Part shown: positions 10,815 to 20,881 of the stretch, one piece after another | Position numbering within the stretch: position 1 is the stretch's first letter | Layout of the letters: each line of letters opens with the position of its first letter | From: an uncultured Candidatus Micrarchaeota archaeon | GTDB lineage: Archaea; Micrarchaeota; Micrarchaeia; Anstonellales; Bilamarchaeaceae | Direction: 5' to 3' | Assembly (NCBI GenBank): GCA_963714085.1 | Contig: OY970229.1 | Coordinates: 928,001-992,000, forward strand | DNA: 64,000 bases | Notes under the pieces: generated by a model | Database searches by the model: none | What the model saw: only the letters and a program-made list of their open reading frames with translations | What the model was told of the DNA's origin: nothing | Made by a program: the position numbers and the translations under genes

Positions 10815-12175
10815 CCACGATGCAGAAAAAACTCAGGACCAACCTGCAGCCGCATGAGATATACGCCAAGGTCCATCCACGGTACCCTAGCTCGTTCCTT
10901 CTCGAGTCTGCGGAAAAGGACGGTCAGCTCTCCCGATACTCGTTCATAGGCTTCAAGCCGGAAAAAACGTTCACTTACCGGAGGGAAAAAGGCAAGAGGG
11001 GAACGGCGTCGTTCAACTGCTGCGACATCGAGACGGAAGACCCGCTCGGCATCATGCGCAAGCTGCTCCAGGACGAGCGGGTGAGCAATGCGGTTCCGCC
11101 CGGATTCATGGGCGGTTACGTCGGGTACGTTTCCTACGACTTCATAGCTGAGCTGGAGAGGACGATAAGATTCGCCGCGCCGCCCTCGAATTTCCCGCTC
11201 CTCGAGTTCGGCCTTTACCTCGACGGCATAAGGATAAACAACCGCACCGGGGAGGCATATTACGTATCCGTGGGCCCCGACCGCTCGAAACAAGCGGAAA
11301 GCATGCTATCGGAAAGCGCAGCGCCGGCAAAGCCGCTCAGGCTCGGTGCCCGGAGATGCAGCTTCTCGAAGCAGGAATTCGAGGACGCGGTGCGGAAAAT
11401 CAAGGAGCACATACTGTGCGGCGACATATTCCAGGCGGTGCTCTCCAAGCAATACGAGATAGAGTTCACAGGAAGCCTCCTTGATTTCTATTCCAGGCTG
11501 AGGCAGATCAACCCTTCGCCATACATGTATTTCCTGAAATCCGGGGAAAGGCAGATAATCGGCTCAAGCCCGGAGAACCTGGTCAGGGTCGAGAACGGGA
11601 GGATAGACAGCTTCGCAACACTCGCAGGCACGAGGCCCAGGGGGAAAACGGACCGGCAGGACGCGGCGCTGGAGAAAGAGCTGCTCGCAGACCCGAAGGA
11701 AAGGGCGGAGCACCTGATGCTGGTGGACCTCACGCGGAACGATGTCGGCCGCGTCGCTGAGATCGGGACCGTGAGGGTAGAGGAGCTCATGCGCATACTG
11801 AAGTTCTCGCACGTCCAGCACATAATGTCGCATATATCCGCCCACCTCAGGGACGGGCTCGACGCGTTCGACGCCCTCAAGGCGATATTCCCCGCAGGCA
11901 CGCTGAGCGGCGCCCCGAAGGTGCGCGCCATGGAGATACTGGGCGCCATGGAGCCCGTCGCGCGCGGCCCCTACGGCGGCGCGGTCGGCTATTTCGGTTT
12001 CAATGGCAATGCTGATTTCGGGATATGCATCCGCACGCTCGTGGCTGACAGGAACAGGATATACGTCCAGAGCGGTGGCGGCATAGTCGCGGATTCGGTG
12101 CCTGAAAGGGAGTATGCCGAGACCGAGCACAAGGCCGGCGCCATGATGAAGGCGCTGGAGAGCTCCAGGGGCTAG
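10811..12175 (+). CDS. trpE: Anthranilate/ADC synthase component I
   Basis: LLESA, NPSPYMY, SSPE, AGTRPRG, EHLMLVDL, PAGTLSGAPK. Confidence 0.9.
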   Translation: MTTMQKKLRTNLQPHEIYAKVHPRYPSSFLLESAEKDGQLSRYSFIGFKPEKTFTYRREKGKRGTASFNCCDIETEDPLGIMRKLLQDERVSNAVPPGFMGGYVGYVSYDFIAELERTIRFAAPPSNFPLLEFGLYLDGIRINNRTGEAYYVSVGPDRSKQAESMLSESAAPAKPLRLGARRCSFSKQEFEDAVRKIKEHILCGDIFQAVLSKQYEIEFTGSLLDFYSRLRQINPSPYMYFLKSGERQIIGSSPENLVRVENGRIDSFATLAGTRPRGKTDRQDAALEKELLADPKERAEHLMLVDLTRNDVGRVAEIGTVRVEELMRILKFSHVQHIMSHISAHLRDGLDAFDALKAIFPAGTLSGAPKVRAMEILGAMEPVARGPYGGAVGYFGFNGNADFGICIRTLVADRNRIYVQSGGGIVADSVPEREYAETEHKAGAMMKALESSRG

Positions 12176-12224
12176 CGGCAGAACCGCGCCGCCAGAACTA
12201 TTATATAAGTTCACGTGCCATTCC

Positions 12225-12367
12225 ATGCATACGAAACACATCGGTGCTCTGATGCCTGGCAAGATTGGAAAACGCCTAATCCGCATTAGGCTCGTCGCGA
12301 AGGCAGGCCAGACTGATTCTTGTTCCCGATGCCGGCGGACCAGGCGCATAAGAGGGTAGGGGATGCC
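12225..12367 (+). promoter_or_regulatory. Long structured 5' leader of mgtA; candidate Mg2+-responsive element
   Basis: TATA-like ttatataa at 12201; several complementary segments; partial resemblance to ykoK/M-box; 44-codon uORF at 12225-12359. Confidence 0.4.
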
Positions 12368-15046
12368 ATGGAGCTGCCGGACCTCTTTTCCATGTTCAAG
12401 AAAAAGGAAAAGCCGGAGCACAAGATATACACCCAGCTGTCGCAGAGCATGATCCAGGCTTCGGAAAGCGAGGTCGCGGACGTCCTCAGGAAGGTGAAAA
12501 GCAGGACGACCGGCCTCACGCCTTCGGAAGCCAGGACCAGGCTGATGAACTATGGGGACAACCGCCCGGTCCATCAGATAAAGAAATCCAACCTGCAGAG
12601 GCTCATCGAGGCCTACAAAAACCCGCTGAACGGACTACTGACCCTGCTCGCTATCATATCCTATGCGACCGGGGACCTGGCTTCCGCAGGCATCATCGTG
12701 TTCATGGTCGTGGTCGCGGTGGTGCTCAGGTTCATCCCGGAGCTGAGGGCCGAGGAAGCTGCCGAGAAGCTCAAAGCCATGGTAAGGACGACCTCCACCG
12801 TTATCCGGGACGGGAAGCGGAAGGAGATCCCGCTCGCCAACGTAGTCCCCGGGGACGTGCTGGTGCTCTCAGCCGGGGACCTCGTCCCCGCGGACGCGCG
12901 GATAATCGAGTCCAAGGACCTTTTCGTGAACCAGTCGGCCCTGACCGGGGAGTCCATACCTTCGGAGAAGCACGCGCTCAAGCTGGGCCACGAGGTGAAG
13001 AGCCCGTTCGAACTCCAGAACATGGTCTTCCAGGGCACGAACGTGGAGAGCGGCACCGCGACCGCCGTCGTCCTGCTTACCGGAACGAACACCTATTTCG
13101 GAGCCATCGCGATGCGGGTAGTGAGCGAGCAGGGCCTCACGGAGTTCGACAGGGGGATCCAGGGATTCACGAGCCTGATGATAAAGTTCATGCTGGTGAT
13201 GGTCCCCCTCGTCTTCGTGATAAACGCCCTGAACAAGCACAACCCGTTCGAGGCGTTCCTCTTCGCGATATCGGTCGCAGTCGGCCTCACGCCTGAGATG
13301 CTGCCGATGATCGTGACCGTGAACCTGGCCAACGGGGCCACCAACATGTCGAAGAAGAAGGTGATAATCAAGAAGCTGAGCTCCATACAGAATTTCGGCG
13401 CCATAAACATGCTCTGCACGGATAAGACCGGGACTCTCACCCAGGGCAAGGTGATATTGGAGAAGCACATAGACATACACGGCCATGACGCCCACGACGT
13501 CCTGGTGTACGCCTACATGAACAGCTATTACCAGACCGGGCTCAAGAACATAATGGACCTCTCCGTCATAGACTACGGGGACAAGGAGAAGCTGGGCAAC
13601 CTGGCCAAGGGTTACAAGAAGGTGGACGAGGTCCCCTGGGATTTCAAGAGGCGCAGGATGTCCGTCGTCGTAGATGAGAATGGCAAACGCAGGATCCTGA
13701 TATGCAAGGGAGCCGTGGAAGAGGTCCTCAAAGTCTGCAAACAGACCGAATGCGACGGGAAGGTCTTCACCCCGAAAGAAAAGGACAGGGAGGTCGTGCG
13801 GCAGCTCGTCAAGGACCTCAACGACGACGGATTCCGGGTCATAGCCATCAGCTACAAGGAGACGCCGAAGGACAAATCCGTCTATTCGCTCAACGACGAG
13901 AACGACCTCACGCTGCTGGGCTTCATCGCCTTCCTGGACCCGCCCAAGGAATCCGCGAGGAAGGCCATAGTGAGCCTCAACGAGCAGGGGATCGAGGTCA
14001 AGGTATTGACGGGAGACAACGAGCTCGTCACGAACAAGATCGCCAGGGACATAAACCTGCCGGTGAAGGGCACGCTGCTGGGCAGCGACATAGAAGCAAT
14101 GGACGACGACGCGCTGGCCATAGCCGTGGAGAAGAACACGATATTCGCCAAGGTGTCCCCGATCCACAAGGAGAGGGTGATCAAGGCGCTCCAGCGCAAC
14201 AAGCACGTCGTCGGCTTCCTCGGTGACGGCATCAACGACGCCCCGGCCCTGCGCGCCGCTGACGTCGGCATATCCGTCGACAGCGCGGTGGACATCGCGA
14301 AGGAGTCCTCGGACATCATCCTCCTTGAGAAGAGCCTTCTCGTTCTGGAAGACGGGATAACCGAGGGACGGAGGGTCTTCGCCAACATAATCAAATACGC
14401 CAGGATGGCCGCAAGCTCGAATTTCGGGAACATGTTCAGCGTCCTGGGAGGGAGCATATTGCTCCCGTTCATCCCGATGAACCCGCTCCAGATACTGACC
14501 AACAACATGCTCTACGACATGTCGCAGGCTGCGATACCATCGGATAACGTGGACAAGGAATGGCTCGCCAAGCCCCGGAAGTGGAACTTCAAGGAGATCA
14601 CGAATTTCATCGTATTCATCGGCCCTATCAGCTCCATATTCGATTACACGACCTGGGGCGTGATGGTGTTCTACTTCGGGGCATGGAACAACATGCCGCT
14701 TTTCCAGACCGCGTGGTTCGTGGAATCGCTGCTTACGCAGTGCCTCATCATCCATGTCATCCGCACGAAGAAGATACCGTTCATAGAGAGCAGGGCCAGC
14801 AACCAGCTGCTGTTCGCGTCATTGGCGATATGCCTCATAGGCATCTGGCTCACGATCTCCCCGTTCGCGGCCACGTTCGGGTTCGTATCCCTGCCATTCC
14901 TGTTCTGGCCGTTCCTGCTGCTCACGCTGATATGCTACGTCGCCCTGACACAGATCGTGAAGGTCTGGTACGTGAGGAAATACGAGTCGGAAGATGCGCC
15001 TGTCGCAGCGAAACCGGTTTCCCCGGCACAAATCCTGTCAGCCTAG
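12368..15046 (+). CDS. mgtA: Magnesium-translocating P-type ATPase
   Basis: TGES, AVGLTPEMLP, DKTGTLT, GDGINDAP, SSNFGN and WFVESL motifs. Confidence 0.95.
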   Translation: MELPDLFSMFKKKEKPEHKIYTQLSQSMIQASESEVADVLRKVKSRTTGLTPSEARTRLMNYGDNRPVHQIKKSNLQRLIEAYKNPLNGLLTLLAIISYATGDLASAGIIVFMVVVAVVLRFIPELRAEEAAEKLKAMVRTTSTVIRDGKRKEIPLANVVPGDVLVLSAGDLVPADARIIESKDLFVNQSALTGESIPSEKHALKLGHEVKSPFELQNMVFQGTNVESGTATAVVLLTGTNTYFGAIAMRVVSEQGLTEFDRGIQGFTSLMIKFMLVMVPLVFVINALNKHNPFEAFLFAISVAVGLTPEMLPMIVTVNLANGATNMSKKKVIIKKLSSIQNFGAINMLCTDKTGTLTQGKVILEKHIDIHGHDAHDVLVYAYMNSYYQTGLKNIMDLSVIDYGDKEKLGNLAKGYKKVDEVPWDFKRRRMSVVVDENGKRRILICKGAVEEVLKVCKQTECDGKVFTPKEKDREVVRQLVKDLNDDGFRVIAISYKETPKDKSVYSLNDENDLTLLGFIAFLDPPKESARKAIVSLNEQGIEVKVLTGDNELVTNKIARDINLPVKGTLLGSDIEAMDDDALAIAVEKNTIFAKVSPIHKERVIKALQRNKHVVGFLGDGINDAPALRAADVGISVDSAVDIAKESSDIILLEKSLLVLEDGITEGRRVFANIIKYARMAASSNFGNMFSVLGGSILLPFIPMNPLQILTNNMLYDMSQAAIPSDNVDKEWLAKPRKWNFKEITNFIVFIGPISSIFDYTTWGVMVFYFGAWNNMPLFQTAWFVESLLTQCLIIHVIRTKKIPFIESRASNQLLFASLAICLIGIWLTISPFAATFGFVSLPFLFWPFLLLTLICYVALTQIVKVWYVRKYESEDAPVAAKPVSPAQILSA

Positions 15047-15098
15047 CCAGTTCGCGAAGAAAAGCGGATATCGAAGAAAGGAAAAAATAGAGAAGAAC

Positions 15099-15530
15099 TT
15101 ATTGGTATTTTATCTCGCCCTTCACGCCCATGAGCTGCGAGATCTCCTCGGTGTGCTCCTGCTCGTCCATGAGGTTGTGGCGGATCGCGTGCTCGAGGAG
15201 TGTGTTGTCCCTGCACAAAGGCAGTATCTGCCTGTAGATCGCAATCGCGTCCTTTTCAGCCTGCAGGTTCATCTTCAGGACCGGCTGGATCTCATCAGCT
15301 ATGCCGACCTTCTGGGGGACGGTCTCCGGGACCCCGCCCAGCATGGAGATCCTCTCCCGCAGCCTCTCGGCGTGCTTCTGCTCGTCGCCGGCTATCTCCA
15401 GCAGCCTCGCCCTCACGGGCTCGTAATCCTCGCCTGCTATGAGCTCGGCGTGAGTCTGGTACTGTATTATCGCCTGGTACTCCATTGACAGCGCCTTGTT
15501 CAACAACTCCAGCAATTTCTTATCCGCCAT
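15099..15530 (-). CDS. Ferritin-like/bacterioferritin-type protein
   Basis: E..A..QY, DEQKH and DEQEH diiron motifs; GGTGG RBS-like sequence before ATG 15530. Confidence 0.85.
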   Translation of the reverse strand: MADKKLLELLNKALSMEYQAIIQYQTHAELIAGEDYEPVRARLLEIAGDEQKHAERLRERISMLGGVPETVPQKVGIADEIQPVLKMNLQAEKDAIAIYRQILPLCRDNTLLEHAIRHNLMDEQEHTEEISQLMGVKGEIKYQ

Positions 15531-15592
15531 AAAAACCACCGTTTTTCCTATCACCGATAAGGAATAAAAAGCGCCGCTTCCCCATTATCCCC

Positions 15593-16843
15593 ATGATCCG
15601 CTTCTACGACACCGCTTCCCGCAGAGTGAGGGAGTTCCGTCCTCTCCGGAAAGGCGAGGCGCGCATCTACTCCTGCGGCCCCAGCGTCTACGACGCCCCG
15701 CATCTGGGCAACTTCCGCACCTATGTCTTCGAGGACGCGGTGAAAAGGGTGCTGCTATCTGGCGGCTACCGCGTGCGGCACATCATGAACATCACGGACA
15801 TAGAGGACAAGTCCGTGCGGGCGGCCAGGGGCAGCATGAAGCGCATGCGGACGCTCACAAGACGCAACGAAGCGGAGTTCATGCGCACCGCGTCGCGGCT
15901 CAACATGCTCCAGGCCACCAGGTACCCAAGGGCGACCGAGAACATCCGTTTCATGGAGAGGATGATAAGGAGGCTGCTCGCGAAAAAGCTCGCGTACCGC
16001 GATGGAAGAGGCAACGTGTTCATGGATGTCTCGCGCGTGCGCGGCTACGGCGCTTTCTCCCGCTCCAGCTTCGTCCACGGCCTGGACCGCCGCGTCATGA
16101 AGGACGACTACTACCAGCGGGAGGCCGGCGACTTCCTGCTCTGGAAGGCGTGGCGCAAAGGCGACGGGGACATCTTCTGGAAGACCCCGCTCGGCAAGGG
16201 CAGGCCGGGCTGGCACATAGAGTGCAGCGCGATGGGCTCGAGGTTCCTCGGAGTACCGTACGACATCCACGAGGGCGGAGCGGACAACATCTTCAGCCAC
16301 CACGAGAACGAGATCGCGCAGACGCAGGGCGCGACCGGGAAGGAGCCCGCCCGCTACTGGCTCCACTGCCGCCACCTTCTCGTGGAAGGGAAGAAGATGA
16401 GCAAGTCGCTCGGCAACTTCTACACGGTCGAGGAGATCCACAAGATGGGCTTCGGCTACGACGCGATACGCGCGCACCTCCTCGGCACCCATTATCGGAG
16501 GAGGATGGATTTCACGTTCAAGGGGCTGCGGAAGGTCGCGGAAGACCTGCGCAGGTGCAGGCGCTGCCTCTCCATAATCTGCGGATACAAATCCGGCGAA
16601 GAGAACCCGGGCGCGGACCAGCTCGCCAGGGATAGCCTCGCTTCGTTCCGCGGCCATGTTTCCGATGATTTCGACTTCCCTGCGGCCATGGATGATTTCT
16701 GCCACTACGTGCGCAGGGTGGAGAAGCTGGCGAAAAGCCGCAGGTTCGGGTCTAAGAACGCGAAGCTCGCGCGAAAGACCATGCTCGCCATGGACGAGGT
16801 GCTCGGATTCATAGTGAGAGGAGGTTTTTGCCATGGAGACTGA
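15593..16843 (+). CDS. cysS: Cysteine-tRNA ligase-like protein, C-terminally short
   Basis: CGPSVY..PHLGN, DFLLWK, GRPGWHIECS, HHENE, KMSKSLGN; ends soon after the helical domain. Confidence 0.8.
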   Translation: MIRFYDTASRRVREFRPLRKGEARIYSCGPSVYDAPHLGNFRTYVFEDAVKRVLLSGGYRVRHIMNITDIEDKSVRAARGSMKRMRTLTRRNEAEFMRTASRLNMLQATRYPRATENIRFMERMIRRLLAKKLAYRDGRGNVFMDVSRVRGYGAFSRSSFVHGLDRRVMKDDYYQREAGDFLLWKAWRKGDGDIFWKTPLGKGRPGWHIECSAMGSRFLGVPYDIHEGGADNIFSHHENEIAQTQGATGKEPARYWLHCRHLLVEGKKMSKSLGNFYTVEEIHKMGFGYDAIRAHLLGTHYRRRMDFTFKGLRKVAEDLRRCRRCLSIICGYKSGEENPGADQLARDSLASFRGHVSDDFDFPAAMDDFCHYVRRVEKLAKSRRFGSKNAKLARKTMLAMDEVLGFIVRGGFCHGD

Positions 16844-17378
16844 GAAAGCGATATATGGAAGGCGTTCAGTGCGGGATTACGAGGACAAGCCGGTTCCGGA
16901 GGATGCGGTGGAGCAGATACTCAAGGCAGGCGCCATGGCGCCCTCTGCCATGGACGCACAGCCCTGCAGGTTCACGGTCGTAACTGACCGGAAAAGGATA
17001 AAGGAGCTCTCGGACAAGGTGAAGGGCAGGCTGGGCGCGCTCGGCTCAGGTGCAAGATTCGTGGAGAGGATGAAGCTCAAGGAGGACGTGATATTCTACG
17101 GTGCGCCGCTACTCGTACTCGTCTGCGCGGAAGAGAGCAAGTGGACACCGATAGACTGCGCGCTCGCGGCCCAGAACATGATGCTGCGTGCATACGACCT
17201 GGGCCTCGGGAGCTGCTTCATAGGCTTCGCGGCTTCGCTGCAGGACGACCGCGAGACCCTCAGGAGCCTCGGCATAAAGGATTCACAGGCGCTCTATTGC
17301 CCGCTGATATTCGGCTATCCGAAGAAATGGCCTGCCCCGAAATCGCGCGAGGCGAAGGTGCAGAAGGCGACGGGCTAG
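16833..17378 (+). CDS. Nitroreductase family protein
   Basis: RRSVRDY, APSAM, QNMMLRAYDLGLGSC. Confidence 0.92.
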   Translation: METEKAIYGRRSVRDYEDKPVPEDAVEQILKAGAMAPSAMDAQPCRFTVVTDRKRIKELSDKVKGRLGALGSGARFVERMKLKEDVIFYGAPLLVLVCAEESKWTPIDCALAAQNMMLRAYDLGLGSCFIGFAASLQDDRETLRSLGIKDSQALYCPLIFGYPKKWPAPKSREAKVQKATG

Positions 17379-17466
17379 TGGCAATCTGGCCTCACGGCAG
17401 GGTTCAATGGAAAGTCACGCTTATTCTTAATCATTTCAGCGCATATACATAAGATATTGTGGTTTT

Positions 17467-18276
17467 ATGCAGCTTGCGAGGAAAGATGGAAGCATCGCCT
17501 ATTCATTCGCCACCCCCTATGAGAAGGGCGCAACGCCGATTTACATCAACGTCATACCGAAATATCTCTGCCCGAACGACTGCCGCTTCTGCGGCAGGCG
17601 CGATGCGCTGGTAGACAGGCCGAACATCTATGAAAGGAAAGCGGGCACCTCCCTGTACCTGGGAAGAGCGCCGAAAGTGGAGGAAATAATCAGGGCGGTC
17701 AAGGCCATGGCGCCCGGCATGTCCCCGGAATTCGTGGGCTACGTCCCAGAAATCGCCTTTGTAGGGCTCGGCGAGCCCCTGTCGCAGTTCGACCTGGTCT
17801 GCGATACCATCCGCGCACTTAGGCGCGCAGGCCACGTGGGAAAAACGCGGGTGGATACTGACGGGCTGGTAAAATGCATGGCAGCCGGGCAATGGCCTGG
17901 GTGCACGCGCGCGGGCATAGACCCTGCGCGCGAGCTTGCTGCGGCGAACCTTAATGAAATACGGATTTCAGTGAACGAGACGAACCGGTCTGATTACGAA
18001 CTTCTTTGCAGGCCGCGCTTCGCCAACGCTTTTGAAAATATCTGCAGTTTCGTGAAAGATTGCATCTCAGCGGGCATCGATACCTCGGTGAGCTTCGTGG
18101 TGAATTTCGCCGACGAAGTCGCCAGGACGAAAAGCGCGGGCGAATACGCGGAGTTCGCCAGGTCGTGCTTCGGGCTGAGGCTGGAAAAAGTAATCATACG
18201 GGACCACATAGCCATGGATCCTAGCAGCGATCGCGTCGGTGCTAGTGGGGCGGATGCTTCGAGTGCCTCTTCTTGA
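17467..18276 (+). CDS. Radical SAM protein (TatD-associated type)
   Basis: YIN....CPNDCRFC (CxxxCxxC), AFVGLGEP, DTDG. Confidence 0.75.
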   Translation: MQLARKDGSIAYSFATPYEKGATPIYINVIPKYLCPNDCRFCGRRDALVDRPNIYERKAGTSLYLGRAPKVEEIIRAVKAMAPGMSPEFVGYVPEIAFVGLGEPLSQFDLVCDTIRALRRAGHVGKTRVDTDGLVKCMAAGQWPGCTRAGIDPARELAAANLNEIRISVNETNRSDYELLCRPRFANAFENICSFVKDCISAGIDTSVSFVVNFADEVARTKSAGEYAEFARSCFGLRLEKVIIRDHIAMDPSSDRVGASGADASSASS

Positions 18277-20050
18277 AGACCAGGAAATAGACCGCCGCGC
18301 ATGCGGCAGCTATGATGACGACGACCACGATGAAGATGCCGCATACGAGCAGTCCGGTCATGTCGCTCTGCACCGTCACCGTGCGGACGACCTCGTCGGC
18401 CTTGTTGCCAGAGGAATCGGAAACGTCATAGGTGATGTTGTAGACTCCTGAGGCATTCGTATCCACCTGGCCCCCGACCACTATCTTGGATGTCAGGTTG
18501 CCGTCATAGTTGTCCCAGGCCGTAGCACCGTCATCGGTGTAGTTCGAGTTGGCCTGGATCGTGACCGAGGAGTTGCCCAAAAGGGTTATCACGGGCTTGG
18601 TGGTGTCCACGACATCCACGGTCCGTGTCAGCTCCACCGCCTTGTTGCCCGCGGCATCCGTCACGTCATAGGTGACGGTGTAGCTGCCGAGCTTGCTGGT
18701 GTTCACAGGATTGTTCACGGTTATCTTGGAGGTCAGGTCCCCGTCATGCTTGTCCGTGGCCGCCGCGCCCGCGTCGCTGTAACTGGAGAACACCTGCAGA
18801 CTGACCGAAGCGTCGCCGTTGAGCGTCAGGACCGGCTTGGTGGTGTCGATCCCAGCCACCGCGTTCGACATATTGTACGCGGTGTTGCCGAGCGAGTCGC
18901 TCACCTTGTAGCAGATCCGCTTCCCGTTGTCGGATTCATTGCTGAAGGTGACGGACGCGTAGGGCACGAACGTCTGCGAGGAATCGCACGTCGAACCGGT
19001 GATGACCGCCATCGAAACTGTCCCTGACGACACGGACGCCGAGACGGTCTTGGATTGCGCCGGGGAGGCGTCCGGATTGGAGATGGTTATGCCAGGCGCC
19101 GTGGTCACCCACTGCAGCGTGAAGCTGCTGCTGCCCACATTGCCCGCCAGATCCGTCACCGTGAGTCTTATCACGTAAGTGCCGTCCTTGCTCGCGCTTA
19201 TCGTGGTGCTCGCCGAGCCAGGGCTTCCGAAGCTTATCGTTCCAGGTCCGGAACTCTGGGACCACAGATAAGACGCGATCCCGCTTCCGGAATCCGACGC
19301 CATCCCGTTCTGCGTGAATCGCGAATTCACGGTCTGGTTCGGGCCAGCGCTCACAATCGGCGGCGTGGTGTCGAGATATTGTATCCTTGAGGAGACGGCG
19401 TAATTCTTGTTGCCCACGTTGTCGATCGCCCTGAAGCAGATGTAATCGCCCTGATAGCGCGTGTCGTTGTTAGCCTCCATGGACGTGTCGTTCGTTCCGG
19501 AATTGAGGCTGCTGTCCTGCGACGAACCGCAGTTCGAGTTCGACTCCGCCACCCAGGCGGTGTTCGCCACTCCGGACTCGTTGTCCGACACGCTCGCTGT
19601 TATCGTATCCTGGTTGCTCCAGGTGCCGGTCGCATCCCTGGTTATATTGATGACCGGCGGGGTCGTGTCTATCTCCACGGTGCTGGAACCCGTGTCGCCC
19701 CAGTTGCTTGCGCTGTTCTCGCTTGCGTAGCGTATATAGGAGACCCCCTCGGTCGATACCATGATGGGCGTGCTGTAAAGAGTCCCGTTGTTTGTGGGAT
19801 CGCAGATGTTCGTCGTATCGGTGCAATACGTAGTGTTCGCGCAGTTCGAGCCTCCGGGGACGCACGTGAGCGTGACGTACACCGGATACCTTGTCCAGGT
19901 GCCGAAATTATATGCGGTGCTATTCGCAGTCCCGCTGGATGTCGTCGTCGGGTCCGTTGCGTATGAAAGCGCCGAGAACAAGATGATAGCGAGGGCAAAG
20001 AACATCAGATGTCGGGAACCGCTCGACCTCATATGCACCATGGTGGGCAC
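18242..20050 (-). CDS. Secreted, membrane-anchored Ig-like repeat protein (PKD-like and two DUF5011-like domains)
   Basis: Signal peptide; two DTTKPV(L/I)TL.G...D.GA.A.D..DG.LTSKI units; C-terminal TM. Confidence 0.85.
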   Translation of the reverse strand: MPTMVHMRSSGSRHLMFFALAIILFSALSYATDPTTTSSGTANSTAYNFGTWTRYPVYVTLTCVPGGSNCANTTYCTDTTNICDPTNNGTLYSTPIMVSTEGVSYIRYASENSASNWGDTGSSTVEIDTTPPVINITRDATGTWSNQDTITASVSDNESGVANTAWVAESNSNCGSSQDSSLNSGTNDTSMEANNDTRYQGDYICFRAIDNVGNKNYAVSSRIQYLDTTPPIVSAGPNQTVNSRFTQNGMASDSGSGIASYLWSQSSGPGTISFGSPGSASTTISASKDGTYVIRLTVTDLAGNVGSSSFTLQWVTTAPGITISNPDASPAQSKTVSASVSSGTVSMAVITGSTCDSSQTFVPYASVTFSNESDNGKRICYKVSDSLGNTAYNMSNAVAGIDTTKPVLTLNGDASVSLQVFSSYSDAGAAATDKHDGDLTSKITVNNPVNTSKLGSYTVTYDVTDAAGNKAVELTRTVDVVDTTKPVITLLGNSSVTIQANSNYTDDGATAWDNYDGNLTSKIVVGGQVDTNASGVYNITYDVSDSSGNKADEVVRTVTVQSDMTGLLVCGIFIVVVVIIAAACAAVYFLVFKKRHSKHPPH

Positions 20051-20101
20051 CTCTTCGCCAGCGTGCCTGGCTCGTGTATGTTAACGTAACTTCCATATAA
20101 A

Positions 20102-20830
20102 CTAATTGGTCTTGAGGAACTCCCGCACCTTCTCGGCCGCGCGCGGCATCAGCGGCTCGCCATGCCCGCTCAGCATCGTGTCGAAATCGAGGGATGCTAT
20201 CCTCTGCATGGACTTCTTAGCCAGCTCCGGATCAAGGGTGAACCTCTCCGGCGGGCCTTCGACTCCGTCCTTGCCGACCCGCAGCGTGTCGCCCACGAAG
20301 ATTGCGCGCCGCTTCTTGTCCAGGAGCGCGATGCTTCCCGGGGTGTGGCCGGGCGTATGCATGACTAGGAGGCCTGATATATCGCTGCCATCGTCAAGTA
20401 GCGCGTCGGGCTGCACCGGCGGCGCCTTCATAATCGTGCCGACGGCCTTGATGAGCACCGCCATGGCGCCCTTTGGCATCGGCATCTGCTCCTTGCCCGA
20501 GAGGATGAGCGCCTCGCTGCGGTGCACCGCGACCTTCGCGCCGGTCGCCTCCTTCACCGCGCTGAGGCTTCCGATGTGGTCGATATGGCTGTGCGTGATG
20601 ATTATGGTTTTGACATCGTGCGGTTCCCTGCCCATCCCCTTGATGTATCTGAGGATCGCGTCGCCATTGTTCGGCATCCCGGTGTCTATCAGCGTCAGGT
20701 CCTTATCGCCGACGATGTAGCAATTCGCATTCACTCCGTCTACTCTGTGGATGCCCTTGGTGATCTCCATGGCATTGCCAATGACTTCGCAATTCCCATC
20801 AACTTTGTGGATGCCCTTTGTGACTTCCAT
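20102..20830 (-). CDS. Metallo-beta-lactamase fold hydrolase
   Basis: THSHIDHIG, TPGHTPG, GD, GHG. Confidence 0.92.
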   Translation of the reverse strand: MEVTKGIHKVDGNCEVIGNAMEITKGIHRVDGVNANCYIVGDKDLTLIDTGMPNNGDAILRYIKGMGREPHDVKTIIITHSHIDHIGSLSAVKEATGAKVAVHRSEALILSGKEQMPMPKGAMAVLIKAVGTIMKAPPVQPDALLDDGSDISGLLVMHTPGHTPGSIALLDKKRRAIFVGDTLRVGKDGVEGPPERFTLDPELAKKSMQRIASLDFDTMLSGHGEPLMPRAAEKVREFLKTN

Positions 20831-20881
20831 GCTCCCACCACCTATCGCTAGCCCGTGCTAGAATTATATCCGTTCCGGTGA

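Noticed and set aside
12869..14755. Long antisense ORFs (628 aa here; also 51448-53250, 53777-55267, 25413-26621)
   Set aside because: Shadows of GC-rich codon usage opposite well-supported genes; no recognisable motifs.
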